DNA of 64,000 nucleotides from Ginglymostoma cirratum (taxonomy: Eukaryota), in assembly GCA_024137785.1 (NCBI GenBank), contig JAHRHZ010000143.1, positions 1-64,000 on the forward strand, given 5' to 3'. Under the pieces are notes generated by a model. It saw only the letters and a list, made by a program, of their open reading frames with translations. It was not told the DNA's origin and ran no database searches. This document shows, piece by piece, positions 13,317 through 25,889 of the stretch. The first letter of the stretch is position 1. Every line of letters starts with the position of its first letter. The position numbers and the translations under genes were made by a program.

Positions 13317-13775
13317 TAGAGAGTCATAGAGACATACAGTATGGAAACAGACCCTTTGGTCCAACTCATCTATGAGGACCAGATAGCTTATATAAATCTA
13401 GTCCCAATATCTGTCATCCCATTCACGTACCTGTCCAAATGCCTTTTAAATGTTGTAATTGTACCAGCCTCCACCACTTCCTCTGGCAGCTCATTCCATA
13501 CACTCACCACCCTTTATGTGAAAAAGTTGCCCCTTAGATCCCTCTTAAATCTTTTCTCTCTCACCTTAAACCTATACCCTCTAGTTTTGGATTCCCCAAC
13601 CCTCAGAAAAGACCTTGTCTATTTACCCTATATATGCCCCTCATGATTTTATAAACCTCTATAACGTCACCCCTCAGCCTCTGACGCTCCAGGGAAAATA
13701 GCCCCAGCCTATTCAGTTTCTCCCTCTGGCTCAAACCCCCCAACCCTGGCATCATCCTCGTAATTTTTTCTGAAC
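13317..13775 (-). mobile_element. CR1 (HER1-like) LINE 3' end
   Basis: Reverse-complement homolog of 8590-9040. Confidence 0.85.
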
Positions 13776-14638
13776 GACTTGCTGAGAATTTCTAGCACTT
13801 TCCGAGTAAAGTTGGTTAAGTTGGGAGTGAAAAGATGTAGTGCTTTCAGGAATCAACATTTTTTGGAAAAGACACACATGGAGAAACATGAACACGAAAC
13901 ATCGTTAATATAGCCAGTGGCCCCAAGCTCATTAAGACATGTTTAAACGCCATTATGGCAGACAGTGAAATCTGAATTCAAGAAAATCTGGAATTAAAAA
14001 TTAGTCCAATGTTGGCCATGTAACCAAGGTCGTAAAAAAAAAATCTGACATAAAAGCATCCTTCAGGGAAGGAAATCTGCCATCCTTACAACGTAACTGC
14101 CCACTGAAATAGCCAAGCAAGCCACTCAATTGTATCAAACCACTACAAAGTCTAAAGAAAGGAATGAAATGGACAGACAACCGGGCATCATGCTAGGTAT
14201 CAAAAACAGTAATCAGGCCCTGTCAACCTTGCACGGTATTCCTAGGTTTGTGATAAAATAGGGAGCGCTATTCCAAAAACTAGTCAAGCAACTGGTGACA
14301 TAAATCATCCTCAGAGTGATACCTCATAGACAAGGCCCCAGACACCAGCACTACCATCCCTGGGACAGGATGTACCCAACTGCAGTACGGAAACACCAGA
14401 AGTGACAGTACGATGATATACGGTTAGGAGGAAGTTTCCCAAGGAGTCCTCAACATGGGATCTAGATCCCATAAAGTCTCATAACTTTGGGTAAAAAAAG
14501 GTGGGTAAGGAAATCTCCTCATTACTGCAAACCACCTTGAATCAGTTATGTTGAACACCATTTGGAGGAAGTACCAAGGTTGGCGAGGGCATAGAATGTA
14601 CTCTGGGTGAGAGACTGAGAGACAGAGTAGCTCAGTCA

Positions 14639-14752
14639 GAGATAGCAAGAACTGCCAATGCTGGAGTCAGAAAAAACACAGCAGGCCAGGCAGCATCGGA
14701 GGAGCAGGAAAGATGACGTTTTGTGTCGGTACCCTTCTTCAGAAAATAAAAT
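14639..14752 (-). mobile_element. 114-bp PLE-tail insert
   Basis: Tail plus hammerhead remnant; TSD gctcagtca at 14630-14638 and 14753-14761. Confidence 0.8.
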
Positions 14753-16011
14753 GCTCAGTCACACTATTACCGAGCGAGCTGGATGCATTCTAGAAGGATG
14801 TAGCTGCTAGACTGAGTATACTGCAGGTGGTTAGGGAAGCAGAGGGAAAGACCTATTTGACCTCACCCTCAGTAATCCACCTGCCACAGATATATCAGCT
14901 CAGAACAGTGCCCATGGTAGTGACCACTGCATGTTCTTTGTGGAGAACAAGTCTTTTTCACATCTGAGGCTACCCTCCATCACGCTGAGTGCCATGGTTT
15001 AAACAAATCTAGAAATTCCAAATTAGACATCCAAGGGGCACCATGGGCCATCAACAACAGAATTATATTGAACCACAATGTTGACCTCACTCCTAACTTA
15101 ACCAACCAATCTAACTATTACAATGTAGACAGACAACCAAACCAAATCATCCTTTCTACCTCTGTACTCGCAACACAGTCAAATTAAAGACAAACGAAGA
15201 TCGCCAATTGCTACTCCAATGCTTTCTAACCAGACACTAGAATAACCAATTCTAGACTTTGCAAAAAATTAATTTCATACCTGGTTTTGTATCTTTAAAA
15301 AAAAAGACAATTTATTAAATACACAATAAACTCAGTACAAAATTAAATCACAAGGTGATCAAATAAATATTTATTTTTTAAACCAAAATCATTATTTTCA
15401 GCCCCAATTCACACAAAAGACAGACAAACAAACAAAAACAGATCAGGGACGAATGAAAGAAAATGACAAAACTGACCCGAGTGCTTAAATAGATTCCACT
15501 TGTGTTAATTCACAGGCATAATGTGAATTCCTTGGTTGTTTTTCTGGAAATATGAGTCAGGGTCACTTTTCTCAGTTCACGGACATAAAAACAGTAATAT
15601 TTATAACTCAGCTTTCTACTCTTTGGGGCTTCCAGAAGCTGACGTGCGAGATCAAGCAGGGAGTTTCGAAATCTTCATGCTGCGTCTTTAACAGCCTAGC
15701 TCACCATTCCCAAAAAAAAAACACTACAGTTCAAAGAAACAGCTTCAACTCCGGTCCCATCCCGAGAGACAGAACATCTTTTTAAGATGCCTCGATTACC
15801 ACACCACGTCTGCCATCTGCTTGAATATAGGGTCTCTTCCAGACTTGCCAGAACCAATTCCCATGTACTAACCTTGTTAACAGCCAACTTCTGTTGTCTG
15901 TTTAAACACAATGCTCAGCAATGCGCCTATCGGGCCATACTTGTTAATGGTTCCCTGACCACACGGAAGTTTTTCCAGGAGGTGGAAATATTGAATAAAA
16001 TTATTTGCCCA

Positions 16012-16141
16012 CTGAGGAAGGATCACTGGACCTAAAACGTTTACTCTGTCTTTTCCTTCACAGATGTTGCTAGACCTGCTGAGCTTTTCCAGCAACTTTG
16101 TTTTTGTTCCTGATTTACAACATCCACAGTTCTTTCAGTTT
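16012..16141 (+). mobile_element. 130-bp PLE-tail insert beginning at the hammerhead core
   Basis: Starts CTGAGGAAGG; TSD ttatttgccca (16001-16011) / ttatttgcaca (16142-16152). Confidence 0.8.
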
Positions 16142-17117
16142 TTATTTGCACAATGGTATTTTCACACAGTCCCTGCACTTACACATACATAATGAGTGTT
16201 ACACGCAAAACTCCTTCCAGGATTGTTGTGTCTGTCGGAACCCTTTTATCAAAAATCAGCCTGCGATTAACCTCCAGGTCTGGCCTCACAGAACAAAAAG
16301 TGATTGTTTGATCTGTTCTCTTCCTTTTACCACAAACTGTCCCAAAGTAAACAAGTCATTTTTAGTTCAACTCCCAGTTCACAGCTCCAAACCAAAAATT
16401 TATAAAAGAACAAAAGCGAAAATAATGAAAATAGAATCAGCAAATGTTCTAATATGTTCACTATCACAATTAAGCCAGGAGATCAACCCTGGTTTAATGA
16501 AGAATGCAGGAGGGCATGCCAGACGTAGCACCAGGCATACCCAAAAATGAGGTACCAACCTGGTGAAGCTACTCAAAATTACTTGCAAAGGTAAATCACA
16601 GCCAAGTGATTCCACCAACAACAAACGAGATCTAGGCTCTGCAGTCCTGCATTTTCAGTTGTGAATGGCGGTGGGAGATTAAACAACCAACAGAAGGTGG
16701 GGATTCCACAAATATCCCCATCCTCAATTACAGGAGAGACCACCACATCAGTGTCAGAGTAGGTAGACACATTTGCATCCATCTTCAGGCAAAAGTGTGG
16801 ACTATCCACCTCAGCCTGCCGAGGTGCCCAGCATCACAGCTACCAATCTGATTAATTCCATTTGATTTCAAGAAACAACTGAAGGTCGTGGAAATTATGA
16901 AGTCTATGGGCCTGGATAACATCCACGTTCGTGCTCCAGAACGAGCTCTGCCCCGGGTGTACTGCTACAGCATACATCTACCCTACAATGTGGGTAATTG
17001 CACAGGTTTGTACTGTGCACGAAAAGCATGACAAATCCAACCTGGTCAATTATCACCCAATTAGTATAATCTTAATCATCATACACAGTGCTATCAAGCA
17101 GCACCATCCTTGGTTTG

Positions 17118-17425
17118 CTGGTTAGGCCAGCATTCACTGCCCGTGTCTAATTTCCAAGTGGGCAGTTAAAAGTCACCCAAGTTACTGAGGGTCTGAAGTT
17201 AAATGTATGCCACACCAGGTAAGGATGGCAGTTTCCTTCCCTAAAAGGACATTAGTGAACCAAATGGGTTTTTCCAACAATAGTCAACAATTGGACTCTT
17301 AATTCTAGATCTTTTAGTGAATTCAAATTCCATGTTTTGCCATGGCAGGATTTGAACTCAGGTCCCCGGACTATTACCTGGGTTCTGAATGATCAGTCCG
17401 GTGATAATACCAGTAGGCCATCGTC
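17118..17425 (-). mobile_element. tRNA-derived SINE, second family, nested in a LINE
   Basis: Reverse-complement homolog of 6468-6826. Confidence 0.8.
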
Positions 17426-18264
17426 TCCATTAAGTTGTACTTAGCGCAATAGATGCCATTCACAAAACTCGAGTCCTGAAGCAATCTCTATCCATGTGCA
17501 GCAAGGCCTGGACAACATACAAGCTTGAGCTGATAAGCTGCAGCAACTTTCACACCAACTAAGTGTCTAATCAATGACCACCTCCACTTGACATTCAGTG
17601 GTATTACCATCACTGAGTCCCCCATTACTGACATGAACATTGACCAGAAACTGAACTGGGCACAGATACTGTGACTAGGAATTCTGTGGTAATTAACTCA
17701 CTTGTGTCTTCTCAAAAACTGTCCACCATCTACAAGCCTCGAGTGTGGTGTAATACCTCCCATTTGTCTAGATGGGTGAAGATCCGTAAAACTCAAAAAC
17801 CTTGACACCATCCAGCCCATCCACCACTTTCAACTTTCACAAGAAATAGGCCATCTGGCCCCTTGAGCCTGCTCCACCTGCCTTAAAACATGCACCAATG
17901 TAGCCTCAACTGCTTCACTGGACAGGGAATTCCACAGATTCACAACCCTTTGGCAGTCCGTCACCCTCTCTACCATTATTGCACAGTGACTGCAGCATAT
18001 TCCATCAATGCAGTACAGCACAACACAACACAGACCCCTTTAACAGCACCTTCCAAACATAACTTCAACCCACCTAGAAGGGCAAGGGCAACCAATAAAT
18101 AGGACCACAACCACCCTGCAAGATTCACTGCCCCCGCTCGTCCCAGGCCATCCTGACTCGGAACTATATCATCCAGTCCTTTGCTGTTGCTGGATTGAAA
18201 ACCTGGTACTCACTTTCTACTCTTAAACCCAAAATTTGGTTAAACAGCCCTGATTAAGGAGGGC

Positions 18265-18392
18265 AGAGATAATAGGTACTGCAGATGCTGGAGAATCCGA
18301 GATAACAAGGTGTGGAGCCGGATGAACACAGCAGGCCAAGCAGCATCTTAGGAGCAGGAAAGCTTGACATTTCGGGCCTAGACCCTTCATCA
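18265..18392 (-). mobile_element. PLE-tail insert truncated inside the hammerhead core
   Basis: Near-identical to the reverse complement of 34229-34355; similarity stops at (C)TGATGA. Confidence 0.82.
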
Positions 18393-18578
18393 CTTCCTTT
18401 CTAAAAGCACCTTGGGTGGCCCTACACATCGAGGGCTGCTAACATCACCACCTTTCCAGGGTAATTACAGATAGGGATCCATTTCTTTTTATTCGTTCAG
18501 GGGATGTCTGGTTGATTTCACTGCTCCAGAAAAACTGAAATAAAATACATTCTTCCAAACAAGCTTTGCAGAATTATT

Positions 18579-18665
18579 CTGAGGAAGGGTCACCGGACCC
18601 AAAATTCACAGGTGCTGCCAGACCTACTGAGCTTTTCCAGTAATTTCTGTTTTAGTTCCTGTGTC
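18579..18665 (+). mobile_element. 87-bp PLE-tail insert beginning at the hammerhead core
   Basis: Starts CTGAGGAAGGGTCACCGGACCC; TSD tgcagaattatt (18567-18578) / tgcagaattgtt (18666-18677). Confidence 0.75.
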
Positions 18666-20099
18666 TGCAGAATTGTTTCAGGCTTCAACACAACATACCT
18701 CTGTCAGAATATTTCATGTGGTTGCCCTCACAAAATTAATATGTTTAGACTTGTATTTGTTACAGGCCTCCAATTTACACCTTTGAGGCAGGTTATGGAG
18801 GCCCAATCTATTCGAGTTCCAACAACTGGAACAAGGGATGGTGGGAATATGCAAGTAGAGTTATCATCACTCAACATCTACATACACCTACACCCAGGAT
18901 CTATGCACAGAAATGAAAAAAAAACAGGAACGTATGCAGTTTTGCTTCCGTCTAACCAAAAGTCACTAAAAAATGACCTGTAGCATTATACCCAAATTGT
19001 AGGTCAAAGATTAGTTAACTCGATCTAGAAGTCAAACCGCAGGCATTAATGATATACAACACAATATCGTTCATTCACCCACCGAATCAGTCATGGTACT
19101 GTTATCTGGTTCAATTGACAGGAAGAAAAAAAAAAATCAGGCTATAAAACAAATCATTTGTAAGTTATCTTTAACAAATACCCAAGGAAGGAAAATATGG
19201 GCAGCATTTTTTTAAAAATACATGTAACGCAGAGATATGTTCACAAAGATAATATTAAAAACTGCTACGTCAAATCTAGCATTGACACTAGGAATTAGTG
19301 AAGATCGCATGCTTCAGAATTAGACAGATATGCTTCTTGTCCCATAATTCCTAACCTCAATTGTGTCCACCAGTTCAAGTATTATATTGTTCAAAATATC
19401 CCCAAAGGACAAAACTAAGTTCAGAACAGCAAAAGTCATTAGACCGGTATTACTTTCCCTCTACGATTCAAAATCAACAGTATAAATAAACCATATGCCC
19501 ACCATTGTGCCATACCGAAATTTAGAATGGAAGCACTGAATGCAGAAGCATTAAAATTTAACACACTAAACGGTGAAATTCTAGTATCAATGCCACAAGT
19601 CAGAATACATAACTGTCATTTATGCAGTAGCTACTGTATAAAAGAGGTGCACTGATCTTCTCCAAAAATATACATTTTTTTCGAGCGTTCATTGTTTATT
19701 GTACTCGTGAAACAATTTTACAGCTCGTCCCCTCTTAAATAAAACCTAGCTCAACACGATTTCCTATATTTAATACATCTTTCAACCCAAAAAAAAGTGC
19801 AACTATATATGCATCAGAATATTCACTACAGAAACAGCTACCGGACATTCATGGACAGGTGCTCAAACCTCTGACCAACCTCACCCCCCAAAACAAAATT
19901 ATAACACCAACAGACTTATAACCCTTTGACACGACCCAATTTTCACCTCTTTCTATCCTTTTGCATATACTTAAATTGCAGCATTTCTAAAATGCTGGAA
20001 CAACCGCATTGCTATTTGCTATCAAAAACTCGAGCTTGTGCTTCCCTCGACCCCACTTCAGTTCTCCATGCATTTGGAAAGTCGCTTCTCCACAAATGA

Positions 20100-20480
20100 G
20101 AGCGGGGAGGCTCCAAGCATGACCCAGACCCTCCTTCTCCCCACCCCCCACCCTAAGCCGGGTTGTCCCTCCTGGCCGGAGTTTTCCCCCCCAGCCCTGC
20201 CCTGCCCCTGGCTGTGATTGGAGTTACAGACTCACATTTGCTGTATCTCCATTGTGTCCTCCGCCTGTTGCCGACTGCGCTGAGTGAGCTCGGCGCGCTG
20301 CACCATTCCACTCAGAGGCGCGTGGGATGCTTCCCCGTGCCCCGCGCGCGCTCCATTGTCTGCGCTGTTGCCCGGGCGGTCACTGAGGCAACGCCGGCCG
20401 CTGCTCCGACTGTCTCAGTCTGACCCTCAGGGGAAACCAGGGAGGCGGCGCTTCCCGCAAACCATCTCCTCCAATGCCCC
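20100..20480 (-). promoter_or_regulatory. CpG island / promoter and 5' UTR of the minus-strand gene
   Basis: Abrupt GC- and CpG-rich stretch (cggcgcgc, cccgcgcgcg, acgccggccg) in CpG-poor background, overlapping the first exon. Confidence 0.8.
20236..20252 (-). CDS. KLHL2: Probable first coding exon of KLHL2 (MEIQQ+AT, phase 2); in-frame upstream ATG at 20306
   Basis: Minus strand reads ACA ATG GAG ATA CAG CAA AT|gtgagt inside a CpG island. Identity inferred from the head-to-head TMEM192/KLHL2 arrangement in human and the short 'ME...' first exon. No BTB/kelch exon is visible in the window, so the name is not directly proven. Confidence 0.6.
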
Positions 20481-21361
20481 ACAATGCTCCTCTCCTCACC
20501 TCCTCCTACCACCCCCCCCGAAAGCTTCCAGTTGCCTCCCAATTTTCCAACTTTTTTATTCCGCTTCGACTGTCAAAAGTGATATTTACCAGGTAATGCT
20601 ATACCAGGAGCTCCCTCTGGGTTGGAGGACCTGGAAGAAGCAGCCCTAATATGGGAATTATAAAGGAAAGTGTGGCAGTGTATCAAAAGCCTGCCTCCAG
20701 GTTACCTTTGGCATTGAATGCTGAACTGCACTTCATATTTAAAACCATGCACTTTAGAACAAACTGCAGGATTTCTGTACTGAAATACGTGATTCTGCCA
20801 GATTTTTTAAAAAATGCATACAGCGATTGCACATCTAAAGTGAAACCAAAACTGCTCGTCAGTGTATTCAATTTGTGCAGCATAAGGTTTCGCACAACGC
20901 GCTTTTTTAGTCACTTGGTTGTTGCTGTACGTCGACACTGTTTCCTTAGCAACTATTTTATTGATTCTGTTGACAACAATAACTTGCATTTCTATACTGC
21001 CTTTAGCATAGAAACACGTTGCAACATGCTTTGCAGAATGTTGTTGAGTAAAAGTTGACACTGGCTAGCCACATCATGAGGTATTAGGTCATATAATCTA
21101 GAACTTGGTGAAAGAAACAGGTTTTATGTAGAAAATTGAAGCAAGAGAGACTGTAGTACAGGTAGAGATAATTTCCAGAGCTTAGGGCCTAACTAGTGAA
21201 GGCACTGCCATTCCTAACAAGAGTGGAACATTTGGGGATGCGTACCAGGCTAGAACTGAAGAAGCATGAGAGGCTTCTAGGGCCACTGGGGTTTCGGAGA
21301 TAAGGGCTAAGGTTACTATGAAGGTGCTGCCTCCCAACCTTATCTGAGGCATGGTGATCCT

Positions 21362-21583
21362 TTTAGTGAATATAAGGAGGTCATTAAGATAGATCCATAG
21401 AATATGAGTTCCCTGATTGGGGCTGTTAATCTGGTCCATTCAGGGAGCCCTGGCTGAAAAATATAAACAGGAGTGTCAGATGTCCTGTTCACTCTGAGGT
21501 CTAGCTCTGAGTGTCAAGTATTCTCCACGTGTAAATAAAGAGTGACTTGGTGACGGGATACTGGCCTCTGTAAAGTTATTTCA
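21362..21583 (+). repeat. 5' LTR
   Basis: Aligns by eye to 25404-25638; contains TATAAA-like and AATAAA motifs. Confidence 0.85.
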
Positions 21584-24500
21584 GTGGCAACAAGAGAAAA
21601 AAAAGTGCATCTGAAGAAATTTGTTCACAACATTCGTCTTTGATTTGGGATATGCATTTCTGGCATCATGCCATTATGTGGGAAGTTTGAGTTGTTCGAT
21701 CCTGCTGTTGAAGACTGAGCCCAGTATGTGGAAGGAATGCGTTACTTTTTCTGGGCAAATGACATCGGGGCAGGTGAAAAGCAACGAGTAATTCACCTGA
21801 CAGCTTCAGAATCTGCAGCTTTATTGTTTATTAGGAGCCTAACATTTCCTGAGGCACCAGATACTAAAACCTTTCAAGAGATGACGGATTCAGTCAAGGA
21901 TATTACAACGCCAAGCCTCCTCTAATTCTGAGATGCTATTGGTTTTACTCGGCAGTTTCAAAACCAGAGAAATCCATGTCTGGATTTTTGACAAGGTTTA
22001 GATGATTGGCAGATGTGACTTTGGTTTAACCCTCAATGAGATGCTAAGAGACTGTTTGGTATGCGGGATTAATGATTTAACCATGTAAAAGCGCCTACAT
22101 GCAGAAGCCCAGCTGCACTTCAAACAGGCACTACAACTGGCTTTGTCATTAGAAAATGTGGCAAGTGGAGCTTGGGTTACAGCGTATGCTGATGGAAGCG
22201 GACACTGTTGGCAGGCTGACTGAGCTTGGGGACCACGATTTGAGTAAAGGCAATTGCACATCCTTACACAGGACATTTCCTGAACAGAGGGACTCTAGGT
22301 CAGCCCACAGCAAAACCCCAAAACGAAGCGAAGCCTCGGCCAAACGGTTAAAATTTTCTTCACAATCAGGGCTGGCAAGCTGTTGTAGTTGCTGTTGATA
22401 TGCAGACTTGAGACAGCAAAAGAATCCCATTAGACCTGAATTGAGTAAAATAACTCAATGGTTGGTATCCAGGAGGATGCAATTCCTGGAAAACCCAACT
22501 ATATTTGGCTTGGAACAGTTAAATTGCTTAGTAACATCCAAATCAGAACCAATCAAAATAAACATCTGGTTAAATGGTCACCTAGTTTAAATGGAGGTTG
22601 ATACCGACACGGCTGTATCAGTGATTGCAGAACCAGTCTGTAACAAAATTCACTCCAACCCTTGAGTTTGTATTAGATCTCGGCTAGACTGAGAACCTAT
22701 ATCAGGGAACTTTACAAATTAAGGGTATATCTTCAGTTTTGGTCTCATATGAGAAACCGCCGGTTCAGTTACCACTGATTGTAGTAAAAGGCTGACACCC
22801 AAGCTTGATGGGGCAAAATTGGTTGAGAAAGATTTACCTAGATCAGTTCAACATTTTTCGATTAGAAAGCAGATATGTGGGTGAAGTCTTAATTAATGCC
22901 CGGAAATTTTTCAGGAAGGTATAAGGACTATCAAAGGAGCCAACGCCACCTTGCCTGTTGACCAGGAAGCAATTCTATGATTCTGCAAGGCCCGCTCAGT
23001 GCCATTTGCCTTACGGGCAAAAGCGGAGGCAGAATAAGGAAGATGGAAAGCAAAGGAATCATCAAACTAGATTAATTTTAGGAATGGGCAGCACCGGTCG
23101 TACCAATTGTGAAGCCTGATGGGTCATTTCATCTTTGTGGAAATTTCAAACAAAGGGTGAACAGCCTCTCACAGCTTGATAAATACCCAATCCCTCACAT
23201 GGAGGACTTATACGCAAAGATGGTGGGGGGTGGGGGGTTTTCAGGCACCCCAAGTGACGTACTTGGGCTACAGAGTTGACAAGACTGAGTTATATCTGTG
23301 AAAGATAAAGTGATGGCGATGAATGGTGCCCCAGCTCCCACGTCTGTACCGGAGCTGAGGTCTTTCCTTGGATTAGTGAATTATTATGGAAAGTTCATAC
23401 ATAACCTGCCCCATCTTGGCACCCTTACACCTGCTTTTGAAAAAGGGTCAGTCTTGGAAATAGTCTCCTAGCCAAGACGTAGCCTTTAGGGAAGTGAAAA
23501 AGCAGCTATCATTGTCTAAGGTGTCGGCACACTATGATCCCAAAAGAGATCTCGTGCTGACATGCGATGTCTCCCCATACGGTATCAGGGTAGTGATGGC
23601 TTACAGATGGCCCAAGGAGAGGAATGTCCAATAGTGTATGCTTCCCAGACTTTAGCTGATGCAGGCTGCAAATATGCCCAAATAGAGAAGGAAAGTTTGG
23701 TGGTCATCTTTGGTGTGCGAAAGTTCCACCAACACCTTAACAGACATTAATTTGTAACAGTAACAGACCACAAACCCCAGCTAGGGCTATTCAAAGAGGA
23801 CAAGGCCACATTGCCCACAGCTTCAGTTTGAATTCAGCAGTGGGGTCTCATTCTAAGTGCGTACAATTACAAGTTGGAATACCGTCCAGGAGGCCAAGTA
23901 GCTAATGCGAATGCCTTGAGCTGCCTCCCGCTGACAGGTGCTACCACTGGAAGAGTCTGTTCTGGTTTTAAATTTTCTGGACACCCTTCTGGTCCCTGCT
24001 GCTAATATCAGACTTTGGATGCAAAAAGATCTGGTCCTGGCAAAACTAAAACAGACGATGGTGATGGGGGACACAAAAGAGCCATCACAACCAGAATTGA
24101 AATCTTTCTGGACCCGATGGGACCCGATCACCATAGAGGACTACATTTTATTTTGGGGAAAAAGAGTGATTGTCCCAAGCAAAGGGTGCCGCCAGATACT
24201 GGCTGAACTGCACCAGAGTCATCCAAGGGTTTCCAAAATGAAGATGTTGGTGAGAAGTTATGTCTGGTGGCCAGGATTGGATGCAGACATAGCTGCATTG
24301 ATGGGACATTGCCCAGAGTGCCACCAAGGGTGAAAATTATCACCAGCAGATCCCCCGCATTCGTGATACTGACTGGGTAAACCCTGGACTCATTTACATG
24401 TCAACTGTGCAGGTCCTTTCATGGGCTGTATGTTCTTAATCATTGTGGATGCCCACTCAAAGTGATTGGATGTGCATAGAGTTCACTCTTCAAACACATG

Positions 24501-25403
24501 GTCAACAATAGAAAAGTTGCGAGTATCTTTTGCAATACACAGGCTCCCAGAAGTATTGGTCAAAGAGAACAGCCCATCATTTATCAGCAGGGAATTCAAG
24601 TATTTTCTAAAGTTGAATGGCATTCAGCATATAGGGATAGCTCCATAGCTTCCATCATCCAATGGCATCATGGAAAGAGCAGTCCAAACTTTGAAGGCAG
24701 GCTTAAAGGAACAGCCTACAGCTTCACTCGATACCAAATTGTCACGGTTCTTATTTGATTATCAGACCACTCCTCAATAAATCACAGGAATAGCTCCAGT
24801 AATTGCAAATGGGGAGAAGACTCCACACCACGTTAAATCTAATTTTGCCGGACCTGGGTGAAGGTGAAACTGCATCAACAATGTTAATGCTGGACGTAAG
24901 ACTCATCTAAACGAGAAGATAGTTTACTCCAGTGGACAACGTTTGGTGCCACAGAAATGGCCCTGCATGGATAAGAGGCATTTTCAATGCGAGGTCAGGT
25001 CCTCTAACATACAAAGCTCAGGTAGGTAAAGTGGTCTTGAACAGGCATGTGGACCACATGAAAGCTGCAAACTTGCAAATGTGACAGGAGCAAAACATGC
25101 CCGGCCTGTCCGAACAGCTGGAAAGGCTGTTGGAACCCCTGGGTTCATCCCTCCACTTAACGTCAAAGAAACCTCAGAGTCTGAGGTGGACATGGCAGAT
25201 GTCGCAGCTTCGACACCTTTACCGCCTGAAGAAGAGAGTGAATTTCTTCCAAGCTGCTCCGGGTGCAAGAGGCAGGCTATGGTCTAATACACACCACCTG
25301 TATCTGAGGCTGAGGCAGAGGAACAGGACCCAGTGTGTAAACGCCCCAGGAGAGGCTACAAGAAAAAGACAGACCTATATCCCCGGACTGAAAGGGGGAG
25401 GGA

Positions 25404-25638
25404 TGTAGGGATTGTAACAAGGTCAGTCAAGTGGACATCATTGAATGTGAGTTCCATGTTTTGGGGCTGTTAATGTGGTGCAATCTGGAAGCCCTTGCTG
25501 ACAGATATAAGCAGGAGCGTCAGAGATTCTGTTCAGTCTGACAACCGGCTCTGAGGAAGCCAGACCAGTGTCAAGTACTGTGCACATTTGAAAAAGGGTG
25601 ACTTGGAAATAGGGTACTAGCTCCTGTGAAGTTTTTCA
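25404..25638 (+). repeat. 3' LTR
   Basis: TG...CA, preceded by the polypurine tract. Confidence 0.88.
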
Positions 25639-25889
25639 ACCCTCAGGTTAAACTCACCATCAGTCATCTCTCTTTCTAATGAGAGAGCAGCTCTATGGCC
25701 TTCTGGGATTATGTCAACTCTTATCACAGAAAGGAATAGGCAAGTCCACTAATGTGACTTTTAAAGTTAAGGCACTACTGGACTGAAAGTCAATGTCAAT
25801 CAGCAATCACAGGGGCAAGGGTAAGTGGGACTTCATATGAGTTAGGCTATGGGCAACATTGCATTTCAACGTTGTCCACTGTCATTACT

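Larger units (their letters stand above)
10100..13800. mobile_element. Old, long PLE remnant (minus-strand RT/EN about 10100-13070 plus an inverted tail about 13100-13800), interrupted by three younger insertions
   Basis: Minus frames FVGYLGHPLF / SCSWPELENLIN..NFH..ISDS resemble PLE RT. Tail motifs at 10150-10200 (-) and 13255-13315 plus 13776-13803 (+). Confidence 0.7.
14100..18470 (+). mobile_element. Fragmented CR1/L2-group LINE (endonuclease and RT remnants) with nested inserts
   Basis: RT-region peptides KSMGLDNI and IAQVCTVHEKHDKSNLVNYHPIS; 3' region similar to 42080-42440. Confidence 0.65.
21362..25638 (+). mobile_element. Decayed Ty3/Gypsy LTR retrotransposon with both LTRs
   Basis: Homologous LTRs 21362-21583 and 25404-25638 (both end in CA; 3' LTR starts TG). 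PBS-like tggcaacaag at 21585, polypurine tract gaaagggggaggga before the 3' LTR, imperfect 5-bp TSD atcct/accct. Broken gag (MPLCGKFELFD), protease (MEVDTDTAVS), RT, RNase H (YAQIEKESL) and integrase HHCC (LHQSHP...YVWWPGLD...CPECHQ) in PR-RT-RH-IN order. Confidence 0.93.

Noticed and set aside
1-20235. Internal KLHL2 BTB/kelch exons
   Set aside because: None found by eye or in the ORF track; presumed to lie outside the window.
20163-21058. Plus-strand ORFs at the CpG island
   Set aside because: Expected by chance in GC-rich DNA; no domain similarity or splice support.
21362-25638. Domesticated gag or intact endogenous retrovirus
   Set aside because: Many stops and frameshifts, deleted RT core, no env, strongly diverged LTRs.
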